NCBI GenBank assembly: GCA_045542115.1
Contig: JAZQKK010000033.1
Coordinates: 488 to 64,487, forward strand
Length of the DNA stretch: 64,000 nt
Direction: 5' to 3'
DNA from: Eubacteriales bacterium
GTDB lineage: Bacteria > Bacillota > Clostridia > Oscillospirales > UBA644
How positions within the stretch are numbered: the stretch's first letter is position 1; every line of letters begins with the position of its first letter. Positions 1 through 8,586 of this stretch are shown piece by piece. The translations under genes and the position numbers were made by a program. The notes under the pieces were generated by a model that saw only the letters and a program-made list of their open reading frames with translations, was not told the DNA's origin and did no database searches.

Positions 1-1
1 A

Positions 2-949
2 GCAGGCACAGAGCTTAAGATCACGCATACCTATCGTAATTCACAAGAGCTTATTGATATTGCAGGTGGCTTTGTACAAAAGAATTCCGCACAGATAAGA
101 AAGCAACTGATCTCTCCTAAACACCTGGAGAATCCTGTTGTAATTGAGGCATTCGATGATAGTGTGAAACCGATGAAAGCGTTGGCTGAAAAGGTAGAGG
201 AAATCATCGGAAAGATTATTGCCGAATATGGTGAGAAGAACTCTATTCTGCTGATAGGGCGCTATAATTACGATATGTACAAGCTCTATAAGGCTGGCGC
301 GTTTACGGAGCTTCCTAATAATCGTGTGAAGTCTGAGAAGTATCCAAATGCTGATATTACATTCATGACAGCGCACAGTTCCAAAGGCTTGGGATATGAC
401 AATGTAATTCTCATTAATATGTTCGAAGGGAAGTTTGGATTCCCGTGCCAGATTGAGGATGATCCCATTATAAAGCTCGTTATGCACGAGGACAGAAGTA
501 TGCCATTCGCAGAAGAAAGAAGACTTTTCTACGTTGCGATGACAAGAACAAAGAATCGTGTTTATATCGCAACACCTAAGCATAAGCCTTCCAGGTTCCT
601 TGTAGAGCTCATTAAGGATTATAATTTACCGCACGACGAGGGAATCAATATGCATGTGGTTGACCTTTTCAATCTGCGATGCCCGATTTGCGGATTCCCT
701 TTGAAATATGAGTTCAACAAAAACTACGGGCTGAATCTTTGGATATGTACAAATGATTCGGAGGTCTGTGATTTTATGACCAACGATAAAGTGCATAAGC
801 ATGATATATTCAAATGTCCTAAGTGCTCTGACGGATATATGATCGTTAAAATGAATCCCAAAAATGGTAATGTGTTTTATGGTTGTACCAATTATTTTAG
901 CGAAAACAAGTGTACAAATATGATCACACTTCCTTCAGATGCCAAATGA
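2..949 (+). CDS. UvrD/HelD(helicase IV)-like SF1 helicase, C-terminal part with topoisomerase-type zinc ribbons (5' truncated by window)
   Basis: Frame open from base 2 (TYRNSQELI motif IV); MTAHSSKGLGYD and EERRLFYVAMTR motifs; C-terminal CPxC..C zinc ribbons. Confidence 0.85.
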   Translation, partial: AGTELKITHTYRNSQELIDIAGGFVQKNSAQIRKQLISPKHLENPVVIEAFDDSVKPMKALAEKVEEIIGKIIAEYGEKNSILLIGRYNYDMYKLYKAGAFTELPNNRVKSEKYPNADITFMTAHSSKGLGYDNVILINMFEGKFGFPCQIEDDPIIKLVMHEDRSMPFAEERRLFYVAMTRTKNRVYIATPKHKPSRFLVELIKDYNLPHDEGINMHVVDLFNLRCPICGFPLKYEFNKNYGLNLWICTNDSEVCDFMTNDKVHKHDIFKCPKCSDGYMIVKMNPKNGNVFYGCTNYFSENKCTNMITLPSDAK

Positions 950-1154
950 AAAAATATATTCTCTCTGGACTTATCCCTCCTTCTATGATATTGTGTGTGC
1001 TACCAAGAAAAGGAGGCATACATATGACAGGTCAGAAACAAGTTAATAGCAAAAAACAAAACAGAGCGGTTCTGAATCGGGAATTCCCGAGGCGGAGCCG
1101 CTCTCTCATTATCGAGAAAGAAGGATCGAAATGTATAGAGACGGAGGTGCAGAA

Positions 1155-1439
1155 ATGACGACGCTTGAAAATTTATATTACGGGAACATCAATCCAAACG
1201 AGAGGTTTATCAAACGCGGATCGCGGATGGACAAGCTTGTGAAGCTAATCTGCAGAAACGAGGAGGAGCTTGCCTCTACTCTTACAGAAAAGCAGAAAGA
1301 AGTCTTTGAAAAGTTTAAAGACTGTCAGAGCGAGTTGAGCAGCATTGCAGAGCGAGAAGCGTTTGTCTCGGGGTTCGTTCTTGCGACACGAATTATGGTC
1401 GAAGTAATGGACGGGCTTGAAGCGGTTGAAGATATATAG
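1155..1439 (+). CDS. Small hypothetical protein (DUF6809-like)
   Basis: MTTLENLYYGNINP...AFVSGFVLATRIMVE pattern; GGAGG RBS before ATG 1155. Confidence 0.6.
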   Translation: MTTLENLYYGNINPNERFIKRGSRMDKLVKLICRNEEELASTLTEKQKEVFEKFKDCQSELSSIAEREAFVSGFVLATRIMVEVMDGLEAVEDI

Positions 1440-1471
1440 TCAATGCGGCTATAAGACAATTAAATTGCGAC

Positions 1472-1537
1472 ATTATTCCGAAACACACAAAATATTATTC
1501 CGATACACTTGATATTATTCCGATAATATGGTATAAT
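1472..1537 (+). promoter_or_regulatory. sigma-A promoter of fic overlapped by three ATTATTCCGA direct repeats
   Basis: TTGATA(1509-1514)-17-TATAAT(1532-1537); repeats at 1472, 1494, 1514. Confidence 0.7.
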
Positions 1538-1561
1538 ATGTTACGGAAGGAGTTGATTTGT

Positions 1562-2455
1562 GTGTTTATGACTGTAAAAGAGGCGGCTGCCAAGTGGGGT
1601 ATCTCCGATCGCCGCGTAAGAATTTTGTGTAGCGAGGGGAAGATCCCCGGTGCGTTTCAGCAAGGCCGTGGGTGGAAGATTCCCGAAAATGCCGCAAAGC
1701 CGTCAGATGGACGTTATAAGACATCCGCGTCGCTTTTGGAGATCATTGACCAAAAGAAAAAAGAATTGGATTCTCGCCGTCCGCTGACCGAAGGTGAGGT
1801 TAAACGACTAAACGAAGATTTTGCCATTGAATATACCTACAACTCCAATGCTATCGAAGGGAACACTCTAACGCTTAGGGAGACCGATATGGTCCTGCGT
1901 GGTTTGACTATTGATCAGAAGCCCCTGAAGGAGCACATGGAGGTGGTAGGACACAAAGAAGCCTTTGACTTTGTGCGTGAGCTTGTGCAGGAGAAAGCGC
2001 CTTTGTCGGAGCGCGTCATACAGCAAATCCATTTCCTTGTGTTAGCGGATCAGCGAGAGGATCGTGGTGTTTACCGCCGCGTGCCCGTTCGTATTATGGG
2101 CGCCCAACACGAACCGGTGCAGCCTTATATGATACAGCCCAGTATGGAGCAACTGATGATTCGCTATGCAGAGAGCACAGAGCATATCGTAACCAAGCTG
2201 GCTCGGTTCCACATTGAGTTTGAGGGGATCCACCCCTTTATCGACGGAAACGGTAGAACCGGTAGACTCTTGGTCAATCTGGAACTGATGAAGGCGGGTT
2301 ATCCACCTATCGACATCAAGTTCACCGATCGTAAGGCCTATTACGATGCCTTTGATGCCTATTACGTTAAAGGCAACCTTGCACCTATGGAAAAGCTGTT
2401 CGCGGGATATGTGAATGCGAGATTGGATCAGTATCTGAGTATGCTACAGGATTAA
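1562..2455 (+). CDS. Fic-domain protein with N-terminal excisionase-like HTH
   Basis: HPFIDGNGRTGR Fic motif, SNAIEGN inhibitory motif, N-terminal MTVKEAAAKWGISDRRVRILC; start probably GTG 1562 or ATG 1568. Confidence 0.9.
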   Translation: MFMTVKEAAAKWGISDRRVRILCSEGKIPGAFQQGRGWKIPENAAKPSDGRYKTSASLLEIIDQKKKELDSRRPLTEGEVKRLNEDFAIEYTYNSNAIEGNTLTLRETDMVLRGLTIDQKPLKEHMEVVGHKEAFDFVRELVQEKAPLSERVIQQIHFLVLADQREDRGVYRRVPVRIMGAQHEPVQPYMIQPSMEQLMIRYAESTEHIVTKLARFHIEFEGIHPFIDGNGRTGRLLVNLELMKAGYPPIDIKFTDRKAYYDAFDAYYVKGNLAPMEKLFAGYVNARLDQYLSMLQD

Positions 2456-2583
2456 AAAATACCGGATGGCTATGACAAGTCGTCCGGTATTGCTTTTTGT
2501 GGGTGAATAATAAGCAAATTTTACTCGATCCTCTATTTGAACATGTGCTTTTTGAGGCCTTTTTGTGCTCGGGTTTGTGCGAG

Positions 2584-2607
2584 TTCGAACCTGCGGCATC
2601 TTGTTCC
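2584..2607 (-). repeat. Partial copy of the tRNA-Pro anticodon-stem to T-loop segment (att-like scar)
   Basis: Minus strand GGAACAAGATGCCGCAGGTTCGAA matches intact tRNA 2793-2770 at 23/24. Confidence 0.8.
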
Positions 2608-2703
2608 TTTTGGGCGGCTTTGAGGCGGATTTTTGCCAAAAAATGCACTGGTCAAAATTGTGGTCAAAATCGGGGTAAAAATCAGAATTTGTGCACAGTA
2701 ACG

Positions 2704-2753
2704 AAAAATCGACCGATTTTTAAGGTTTTTAGCCTCGAAATCGGTCGATTTTT
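2704..2753 (-). terminator. Inverted repeat immediately downstream of tRNA-Pro
   Basis: AAAAATCGACCGATTT ... AAATCGGTCGATTTTT. Confidence 0.65.
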
Positions 2754-2828
2754 GGTCGGAGTGACAGGATTCGAACCTGCGGCATCTTGCTCCCAAAGCA
2801 AGCGCGCTACCAACTGCGCTACACCCCG
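2753..2828 (-). tRNA. tRNA-Pro(TGG)
   Basis: CGGGGTGTAGCGCAGTTGGTAGCGCG-CTTGC-TTTGGGA-GCAAG-ATGCCGCAGGTTCGAATCCTGTCACTCCGACCA; cloverleaf with encoded CCA. Confidence 0.97.
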
Positions 2829-2970
2829 AGGTATGAAATTGTGGTCAAAATAAGAGGGTTTACAGAACTGGTCAAAATTGTGGTCAAACGATACTTTTAG
2901 GAAATATAAAGTGCGAAAAGTCCAGTGTTTATGCGGGTTTTTGGGGATTGGGGTCTTGCGATATACTTAG

Positions 2971-3009
2971 CTCCCAAATGTCGCGCGCTACCAACTGCGC
3001 CACACCCCG
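2971..3009 (-). pseudogene. tRNA-Pro 5' half (copy nearest intact gene)
   Basis: CGGGGTGTGGCGCAGTTGGTAGCGCG-CGACA-TTTGGGAG, ends at anticodon loop. Confidence 0.9.
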
Positions 3010-3174
3010 ATGGTATGATATTTTGTTTAAAAAGCGATATTTTCTATAAGTGGTCAAATAGTTGGTCAAAATCAATTTTACAGTAATTTTTGAAAACGGT
3101 CAAGTCCCAAAAACCCAGTGTTTATGCGGGTTTGCGAGCACTCGAACTTCGGAGGTGTCGGGACCGACCACTTG

Positions 3175-3213
3175 TTCCCAAACCACCCGCGCTCCCAGCT
3201 GCGCCACACCCGG
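3175..3213 (-). pseudogene. tRNA-Pro 5' half (middle copy)
   Basis: CCGGGTGTGGCGCAGCTGGGAGCGCG-GGTGG-TTTGGGAA. Confidence 0.85.
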
Positions 3214-3372
3214 ATATCTATTCAATTTTTTCTCTTTCTGCGTGGAAGTGGGACAAACTGTGGTCAAACGCAAATTCCACGCCGTTTTGCGTTTTTATAA
3301 GGTGCCGAAAGTCCGCACTGTTAAAGGCTTTTCGGGACTTCCGTAAAATCTCGGCAATTCGTGCTGGGCACG

Positions 3373-3411
3373 CTCCCAAACCAGGCGCTCTACCAGGGGA
3401 GCTACACCTCA
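3373..3411 (-). pseudogene. tRNA-Pro 5' half (promoter-proximal copy)
   Basis: TGAGGTGTAGCTCCCCTGGTAGAGCG-CCTGG-TTTGGGAG. Confidence 0.8.
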
Positions 3412-3426
3412 AAAGAATCTTTGTGT

Positions 3427-3455
3427 ATTATATCAAATTTCAATGAATTTGTCAA
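3427..3455 (-). promoter_or_regulatory. Consensus sigma-A promoter firing into the tRNA-half array
   Basis: Minus strand TTGACA(3455-3450)-17-TATAAT(3432-3427), 15 bp upstream of first tRNA half. Confidence 0.85.
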
Positions 3456-3493
3456 GGGGATTGCATCGGAGAAATTTTCTCCGATGCAAATTG

Positions 3494-4327
3494 TTATTCT
3501 TCTGTTTTTTTGTAAAGCAACACGGAAAAAGCTGCCGTGGTAGTTAATTCTTTCACAGAATCTAATTTTTGAATGTCTGTGGGGGACGTTTTACGGGCAT
3601 ATGGAGTCATTGAAAACAGGTCTTTAACCGTCTGTGTATCGGTTAGGCACAACGGATAACGCAGTTTTGTATCGGAAACGAGTGTAAAACCGTCATATAT
3701 GGGAATAACCACTTCATTTTCATAAACTGAATCATAAACGGCAGTTTTTAACTCCAAAAGATGGTCTTCCAACGGAATTGCCTTCACGTAAACTGCTCCG
3801 GGTTTAAGTATTCGTAAAAATTCTTCTGCACAGTCCGGGGCAAAAACATTCACAACAACATCTGCCCATTGGTCGGGGAGCGGTAGATGATACAAGCTTG
3901 CAACAGCAAATTCCCCGCCGAAATTTCGCTTTGCAGCCGCATTTAAGGCGTCTTTGGAAATGTCTACACCGGCACTCTGCACCTCGTGCCCGGCTTCTTC
4001 CAATTTTTGATGGATTTCTTGCGTGTACCATCCTTCTCCGCATCCGGCATCAAACAGATTTACGGATTTCGAAAGAAAGGGAACGGCAACGTCGTAAATC
4101 GTTTCCATTAACGGTTTGTAATATCCGGCAGAAAGAAAGGCTGTTCGGGAACGAACCATCGCTCGGTCATCGCCGTGTAAGGTTCCTTGTTGGGACATTA
4201 AAAGGTTTACGTAGCCGCTTTTTGCATAATCATAACAATGTCCTTTGGAACAGTGCAAGGTCTTCCCTATTTTTTCCAACGGTTCACTACAAATAGGACA
4301 ACGAAAAGCACTGATGTTATTCTTCAC
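3494..4327 (-). CDS. rlmA: 23S rRNA m1G745/748 methyltransferase (RlmA family)
   Basis: N-terminal CPIC..C..H zinc finger, GYVNLL, DAGCGEG, LFSMTPY. Confidence 0.8.
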   Translation of the reverse strand: MKNNISAFRCPICSEPLEKIGKTLHCSKGHCYDYAKSGYVNLLMSQQGTLHGDDRAMVRSRTAFLSAGYYKPLMETIYDVAVPFLSKSVNLFDAGCGEGWYTQEIHQKLEEAGHEVQSAGVDISKDALNAAAKRNFGGEFAVASLYHLPLPDQWADVVVNVFAPDCAEEFLRILKPGAVYVKAIPLEDHLLELKTAVYDSVYENEVVIPIYDGFTLVSDTKLRYPLCLTDTQTVKDLFSMTPYARKTSPTDIQKLDSVKELTTTAAFSVLLYKKTEE

Positions 4328-4886
4328 TGTTATTCTCCTGTAAAACAATCGGCTCTTCCCCTTCTCTAAACAACACCGGGGTCGTGTTCGGTAAACAATG
4401 TTTGCTGAGATTTTCGCCGTTTTCTATACCATAGATAGCACCGTACAAAGCACCGGAAAAACCTCCGTGGGATACGACTAAGATTCTTCCATCCGGATGC
4501 TTTTCTTTTACCTCAGAATAGAAGTCCTTTGCTCGGGCAATAACATCCTCTATTATTTCCATTCCGTCTACCCGTTCCCGTCCCAGAACCCACCAATTGC
4601 GAAAGAAATCCTCCGGAAACTGTCCGCCTTCAAAGGGTCCAAAGCACCATTCCGTCAATCGGTCATCCAATATAGGAATAGCGCCGGGAAGAGCGTATTC
4701 CAACGTTTGACGCGTACGGAGTAAGGGGGAGCAGTAAATCGCATCAAAGGTATACTTTTGCAGAATTTTTCCTACCCTTTTCGCATCACTAATTCCAGCT
4801 TCATTCAACGGAACATCACTTTGTCCTTGAAGGCGACGTTCCACATTCCACGGGGTCAGACCGTGACGGAGATAAATCAGTTCCAT
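4317..4886 (-). CDS. Histidine phosphatase (phosphoglycerate mutase family)
   Basis: RHGLT, SPLLRT, VSHGG motifs. Confidence 0.9.
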   Translation of the reverse strand: MELIYLRHGLTPWNVERRLQGQSDVPLNEAGISDAKRVGKILQKYTFDAIYCSPLLRTRQTLEYALPGAIPILDDRLTEWCFGPFEGGQFPEDFFRNWWVLGRERVDGMEIIEDVIARAKDFYSEVKEKHPDGRILVVSHGGFSGALYGAIYGIENGENLSKHCLPNTTPVLFREGEEPIVLQENNSEE

Positions 4887-4899
4887 TTAGATTACAACC

Positions 4900-6636
4900 T
4901 CATTGTGCAAATTGACTGCGGTACAATTTCGCATAAAAACCATTCAAAGCCAACAATTCTTCGTGGGTTCCTTGTTCTACAACGGAGCCTTCCTTCATAA
5001 CTAAAATGCGGTCTGCTTCCCGAATTGTGGACAGCCGGTGTGCCACAATAAACGACGTGCGTCCATTCATCATCTTTGCAAAAGCTCGCTGAATCCGATG
5101 CTCGGTCCGAGTATCAATGGACGACGTTGCTTCATCCAAAATCAACATCGGCGGAAGACACAACATAACCCGAGTGATGCAAAGTAACTGCTTTTGCCCT
5201 TGGGATAAACTACCACCGTCTTCTCCGATTTTCGTATCGTAACCTTCCGGGAGTCTTTGAATGAAACTGTGAGCGTGTGATGCTTTTGCTGCGGCAATAA
5301 TCTCATCCTCCATAGCATCGGGGCGTCCCATTGCAATATTTTCCCAAATCGTTCCGGATTTCAACCAAGTTTCCTGCAATACCATCCCGTAATTTTCCCT
5401 AAGATTATCTCTTGGAACGTGACGAACGTCAACGCCATCCACCTGAATGGAACCGGAAACAGGGTCATAAAAGCGCATTAAAAGGTTGATAACCGTAGTT
5501 TTTCCGCATCCGGTGGGACCGACAATTGCAATTCTTTGCCCCGGTTTTACTGTCAAGGACAAATCTTCAATCAATTTTTGTTCCGGAGTATATGCAAAGC
5601 AAACGCGGTCCAATTGAACGTTCCCACGGACAGTGTCCGGGAGTTTTTGATTTTCGTCGGCAGTGGATTCCGAAGTTTCTTCCAACAAATCAAAAACACG
5701 TGCAGCACAAGCCAATGCATTTTGTAATTCCGTCACAACACCGGAAATTTCATTAAAAGGCTTCGTGTATTGGTTGGCATAACTTAAAAAACTGGATAAC
5801 AGCCCAACCGTCAAACCGCCGGAGATAACGGTTAATGCTCCCACAAACCCTACACAGGCGTATACCAGACTGTTCACAAACCTTGTAGAGGGATTGACCA
5901 GTGAAGAATAAAAGATTGCCTTCAAAGAACAGGAACGAAGTCTTTCGTTCACATCTTCAAACCGCTCTTTTCCACGGGATTCATAGGAAAACGCCTGTAC
6001 CAATTTTTGTTGACCCACCATCTCATCAATCAAAGTCGTCTGCTCTCCTCGGGTGGCGGATTGAACTTGAAACATTGAATAGGTTCTTTTGGCAATAAAA
6101 GATGCAACAAACAAGGAGATAGGCGTAACCAAAACCACGACAATTGCAATCCGGTAATCCAAAAAAAGCATAATCCCAAGAGTACCGAGAATCGTTGCAA
6201 GTCCGGTAAATAGTTGCGAAAATCCCATCAACAACCCATCGGCAAACGTGTCTACGTCCACAATTACACGGCTGACCAAGTCGCCTACGGGGTGTTTATC
6301 CAAATAATTCAGGGGCAATTCTAATATCTTGGAAAATGCATCTCTGCGAATATCCCGGACCGTTCCATAGGTGATCCGGTTATTGCAGATACTCATCAAC
6401 CATTGCATAACGGCAGTTACGGCTACTGCAATTCCAATCAAGAAAATGATATGAAAAATTTTTGAAAAATCAACGTTTCCCTTTCCGAGAATTACGTCTA
6501 CGGCCTGCCCTGTAAGGATGGGAACATATAATGTTAACGCCACGGTAGCAAGGGAAAAAATCAATGACAAAACGATATAACCGGAATACGGGCGGAGGTA
6601 TGAAAACACGGTTTTTAACGTCTTTTTACGGTTCAT
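4900..6636 (-). CDS. ABC exporter, fused permease/ATPase (heterodimer subunit)
   Basis: TM domain, GPTGCGKT, LSQGQ, LILDEAT. Confidence 0.93.
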   Translation of the reverse strand: MNRKKTLKTVFSYLRPYSGYIVLSLIFSLATVALTLYVPILTGQAVDVILGKGNVDFSKIFHIIFLIGIAVAVTAVMQWLMSICNNRITYGTVRDIRRDAFSKILELPLNYLDKHPVGDLVSRVIVDVDTFADGLLMGFSQLFTGLATILGTLGIMLFLDYRIAIVVVLVTPISLFVASFIAKRTYSMFQVQSATRGEQTTLIDEMVGQQKLVQAFSYESRGKERFEDVNERLRSCSLKAIFYSSLVNPSTRFVNSLVYACVGFVGALTVISGGLTVGLLSSFLSYANQYTKPFNEISGVVTELQNALACAARVFDLLEETSESTADENQKLPDTVRGNVQLDRVCFAYTPEQKLIEDLSLTVKPGQRIAIVGPTGCGKTTVINLLMRFYDPVSGSIQVDGVDVRHVPRDNLRENYGMVLQETWLKSGTIWENIAMGRPDAMEDEIIAAAKASHAHSFIQRLPEGYDTKIGEDGGSLSQGQKQLLCITRVMLCLPPMLILDEATSSIDTRTEHRIQRAFAKMMNGRTSFIVAHRLSTIREADRILVMKEGSVVEQGTHEELLALNGFYAKLYRSQFAQ

Positions 6637-8357
6637 CGCACTTCCTCCCGTTCAAACTGAGAATAGTAAATTTCCTGATAAACCTCGCAAGACGAAAGCA
6701 ATTCGTTGTGAGTCCCCATTCCGACGACTTCTCCGTCATCTAAAACCAAAATGAGGTCTGCGTGACGAACCGAGGAGGCTCGTTGAGAAACGATAAAAGT
6801 CGTAGGGCGGAAGGGCATATTCTGTAAAGCATTACGCAACGATGCTTCGGTTGCATAATCCAAGGCAGAAGCAGAATCGTCCAATATTAGAATTTCGGGT
6901 TGACGAACCAAAGCTCGGGCAATAGTCAATCGCTGACGCTGACCCCCGGAGAAGTTCCGACCGTTTTGCTCCACGATTGCATCCAGCTTACCGTCTTTTT
7001 CCCGAACAAAATCCTCCGCCTGAGCGATGCGAAGTGCCTGCCAGAGTTCCTCATCGGAAGCATCTTCTTTCCCCCATTTTAAATTGTCCCGAATTGTTCC
7101 GCGGAACAAAACTGCTTTTTGGGGAACGATTCCGATATTTTTCCGAAGACTTTCGGTGTCAAATTCAGAAATAGGAACGCCTTTGTAATAAACTGAACCG
7201 GACGTAGCGTCGTAAAAACGGGGAATCAAATTGATAAGAGACGTTTTCCCGGATCCGGTCCCGCCTAAAATCCCTACGGTCTGTCCGCACTGAACCGAAA
7301 ACGTAACATTGGAAAGTGCCGGCTGAGCATCCGCAAAATATTGAATCCCAACCTTTTCGAAACGAAGGATTTCTGCTTTGGAATCTCCGTCTGTCCGCGT
7401 CCCTGAAATTTGTGACGGCACGATATCAAACACGTCACTGACCCGTTTCGCACCGGCCAACGCCTTCGTAATAGTGACGACCAGATTCGCAAACTTTACA
7501 AGTTCTGTCAAAATTTGGGACATATAGTTAATGAGGGCAACGACCATTCCCTGGCTAATAATTCCAAAGTCTACCCGTACTGCGCCAACATAAAGAAGCA
7601 CAACGATTCCAAGATTTACGATTACGTAGGTCAAAGGATTCATCAATGCGGATATCCGCCCAACGTTACACTGAAAGGCGGCTAACTCTTTATTCATTTC
7701 GTTGAATTCAATCTGCTCGTCCGTCTGTTTATTAAAGGCACGGATCACTCTGACACCGGAAAGGTTTTCCCGGGTTTTCAACACAACCCCATCTACTTTT
7801 TTTTGCAGCATCTTATACTTTGGCAGCGTAACTCTCATAATCAGCCAAACCACCAAGTATAGCAACGGGATGACTGCAACAAAAATCAAAGCAGATACGC
7901 CATCGATAACAAAGGCCATCACCATTGCACCCAAAACAACGAAGGGTGAACGAAGCAACAAGCGGAGAGTCATATTCACCCCGGTCTGCATCAGATTCAC
8001 ATCCCCGGTCATTCGGGTAATCATCGTTGAAGTTCCAAGCGTATCCATATCTTTGTATGACAGAGACTGTAAATGGGAAAATAATGATTTACGAACTCCG
8101 GCAGAAAAACCAACGGCAGATTTTGCAGAAAAGTACTGTGCCGTAACCGCGGCAAGAAGCCCAATAACACCAAGTCCGACTAAAACACAGGACATTCCCA
8201 CGATATAATTTTTATCTTTGTTCGCAATCCCTGTGTCAATAATTGCGGCCATTACCAAGGGAACCAGCAACTCTAAAATAGCCTCAAAAAGTTTAAATAA
8301 CGGGGCAAGAATCGTTTCTTTTTTATATGGTGCCAGATATCGCAACATTTTTTTCAT
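6633..8357 (-). CDS. ABC exporter, fused permease/ATPase (degenerate-site subunit)
   Basis: TM domain, GGTGSGKT, FSGGQ, LILDDS. Confidence 0.93.
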   Translation of the reverse strand: MKKMLRYLAPYKKETILAPLFKLFEAILELLVPLVMAAIIDTGIANKDKNYIVGMSCVLVGLGVIGLLAAVTAQYFSAKSAVGFSAGVRKSLFSHLQSLSYKDMDTLGTSTMITRMTGDVNLMQTGVNMTLRLLLRSPFVVLGAMVMAFVIDGVSALIFVAVIPLLYLVVWLIMRVTLPKYKMLQKKVDGVVLKTRENLSGVRVIRAFNKQTDEQIEFNEMNKELAAFQCNVGRISALMNPLTYVIVNLGIVVLLYVGAVRVDFGIISQGMVVALINYMSQILTELVKFANLVVTITKALAGAKRVSDVFDIVPSQISGTRTDGDSKAEILRFEKVGIQYFADAQPALSNVTFSVQCGQTVGILGGTGSGKTSLINLIPRFYDATSGSVYYKGVPISEFDTESLRKNIGIVPQKAVLFRGTIRDNLKWGKEDASDEELWQALRIAQAEDFVREKDGKLDAIVEQNGRNFSGGQRQRLTIARALVRQPEILILDDSASALDYATEASLRNALQNMPFRPTTFIVSQRASSVRHADLILVLDDGEVVGMGTHNELLSSCEVYQEIYYSQFEREEVR

Positions 8358-8586
8358 TAAACATTCTCCGGACATTATAAGTTGTACCTTTTATTTTAAC
8401 ATAAAACATACGGTAAGTCAAGGGATTCTTGCGGAAAGAATCGAACTTATCGTTACAAATTTTTTCCCTAAAAGATAGTTCAGTTTTTTGTCGAAAAAGA
8501 ACTCTTGCAGAGACCGTCTTATTATGTTATAATAAGAGTGTATTTTATTTTGCAAAGGAATGGGCTAAACCCAAAGGAAAGCAGAA

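Larger units (their letters stand above)
1..2700. mobile_element. Right end of a probable genomic island abutting the tRNA-Pro 3' end
   Basis: Accessory-type genes, CATG sites that are absent from the core stretches scanned, partial tRNA duplication at 2584-2607; no integrase in window. Confidence 0.55.
2647..3268. repeat. TGGTCAAA direct repeats, mostly pairs with 12-bp period (arm-site-like)
   Basis: Exact copies at 2649, 2661, 2842, 2869, 2881, 3051, 3063, 3261. Confidence 0.85.

Noticed and set aside
1063-1103. GC-rich hairpin upstream of the DUF6809-like ORF as an ncRNA
   Set aside because: Single stem-loop with no recognisable family features
2790-3411. CRISPR interpretation of the periodic 39-bp repeats
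   Set aside because: Repeats are divergent tRNA halves, spacers are 140-165 bp and share motifs, and no cas genes are present
2385-3543. Short ORFs across the tRNA/att region
   Set aside because: They overlap the tRNA and its fragments, with no recognisable motifs or RBS
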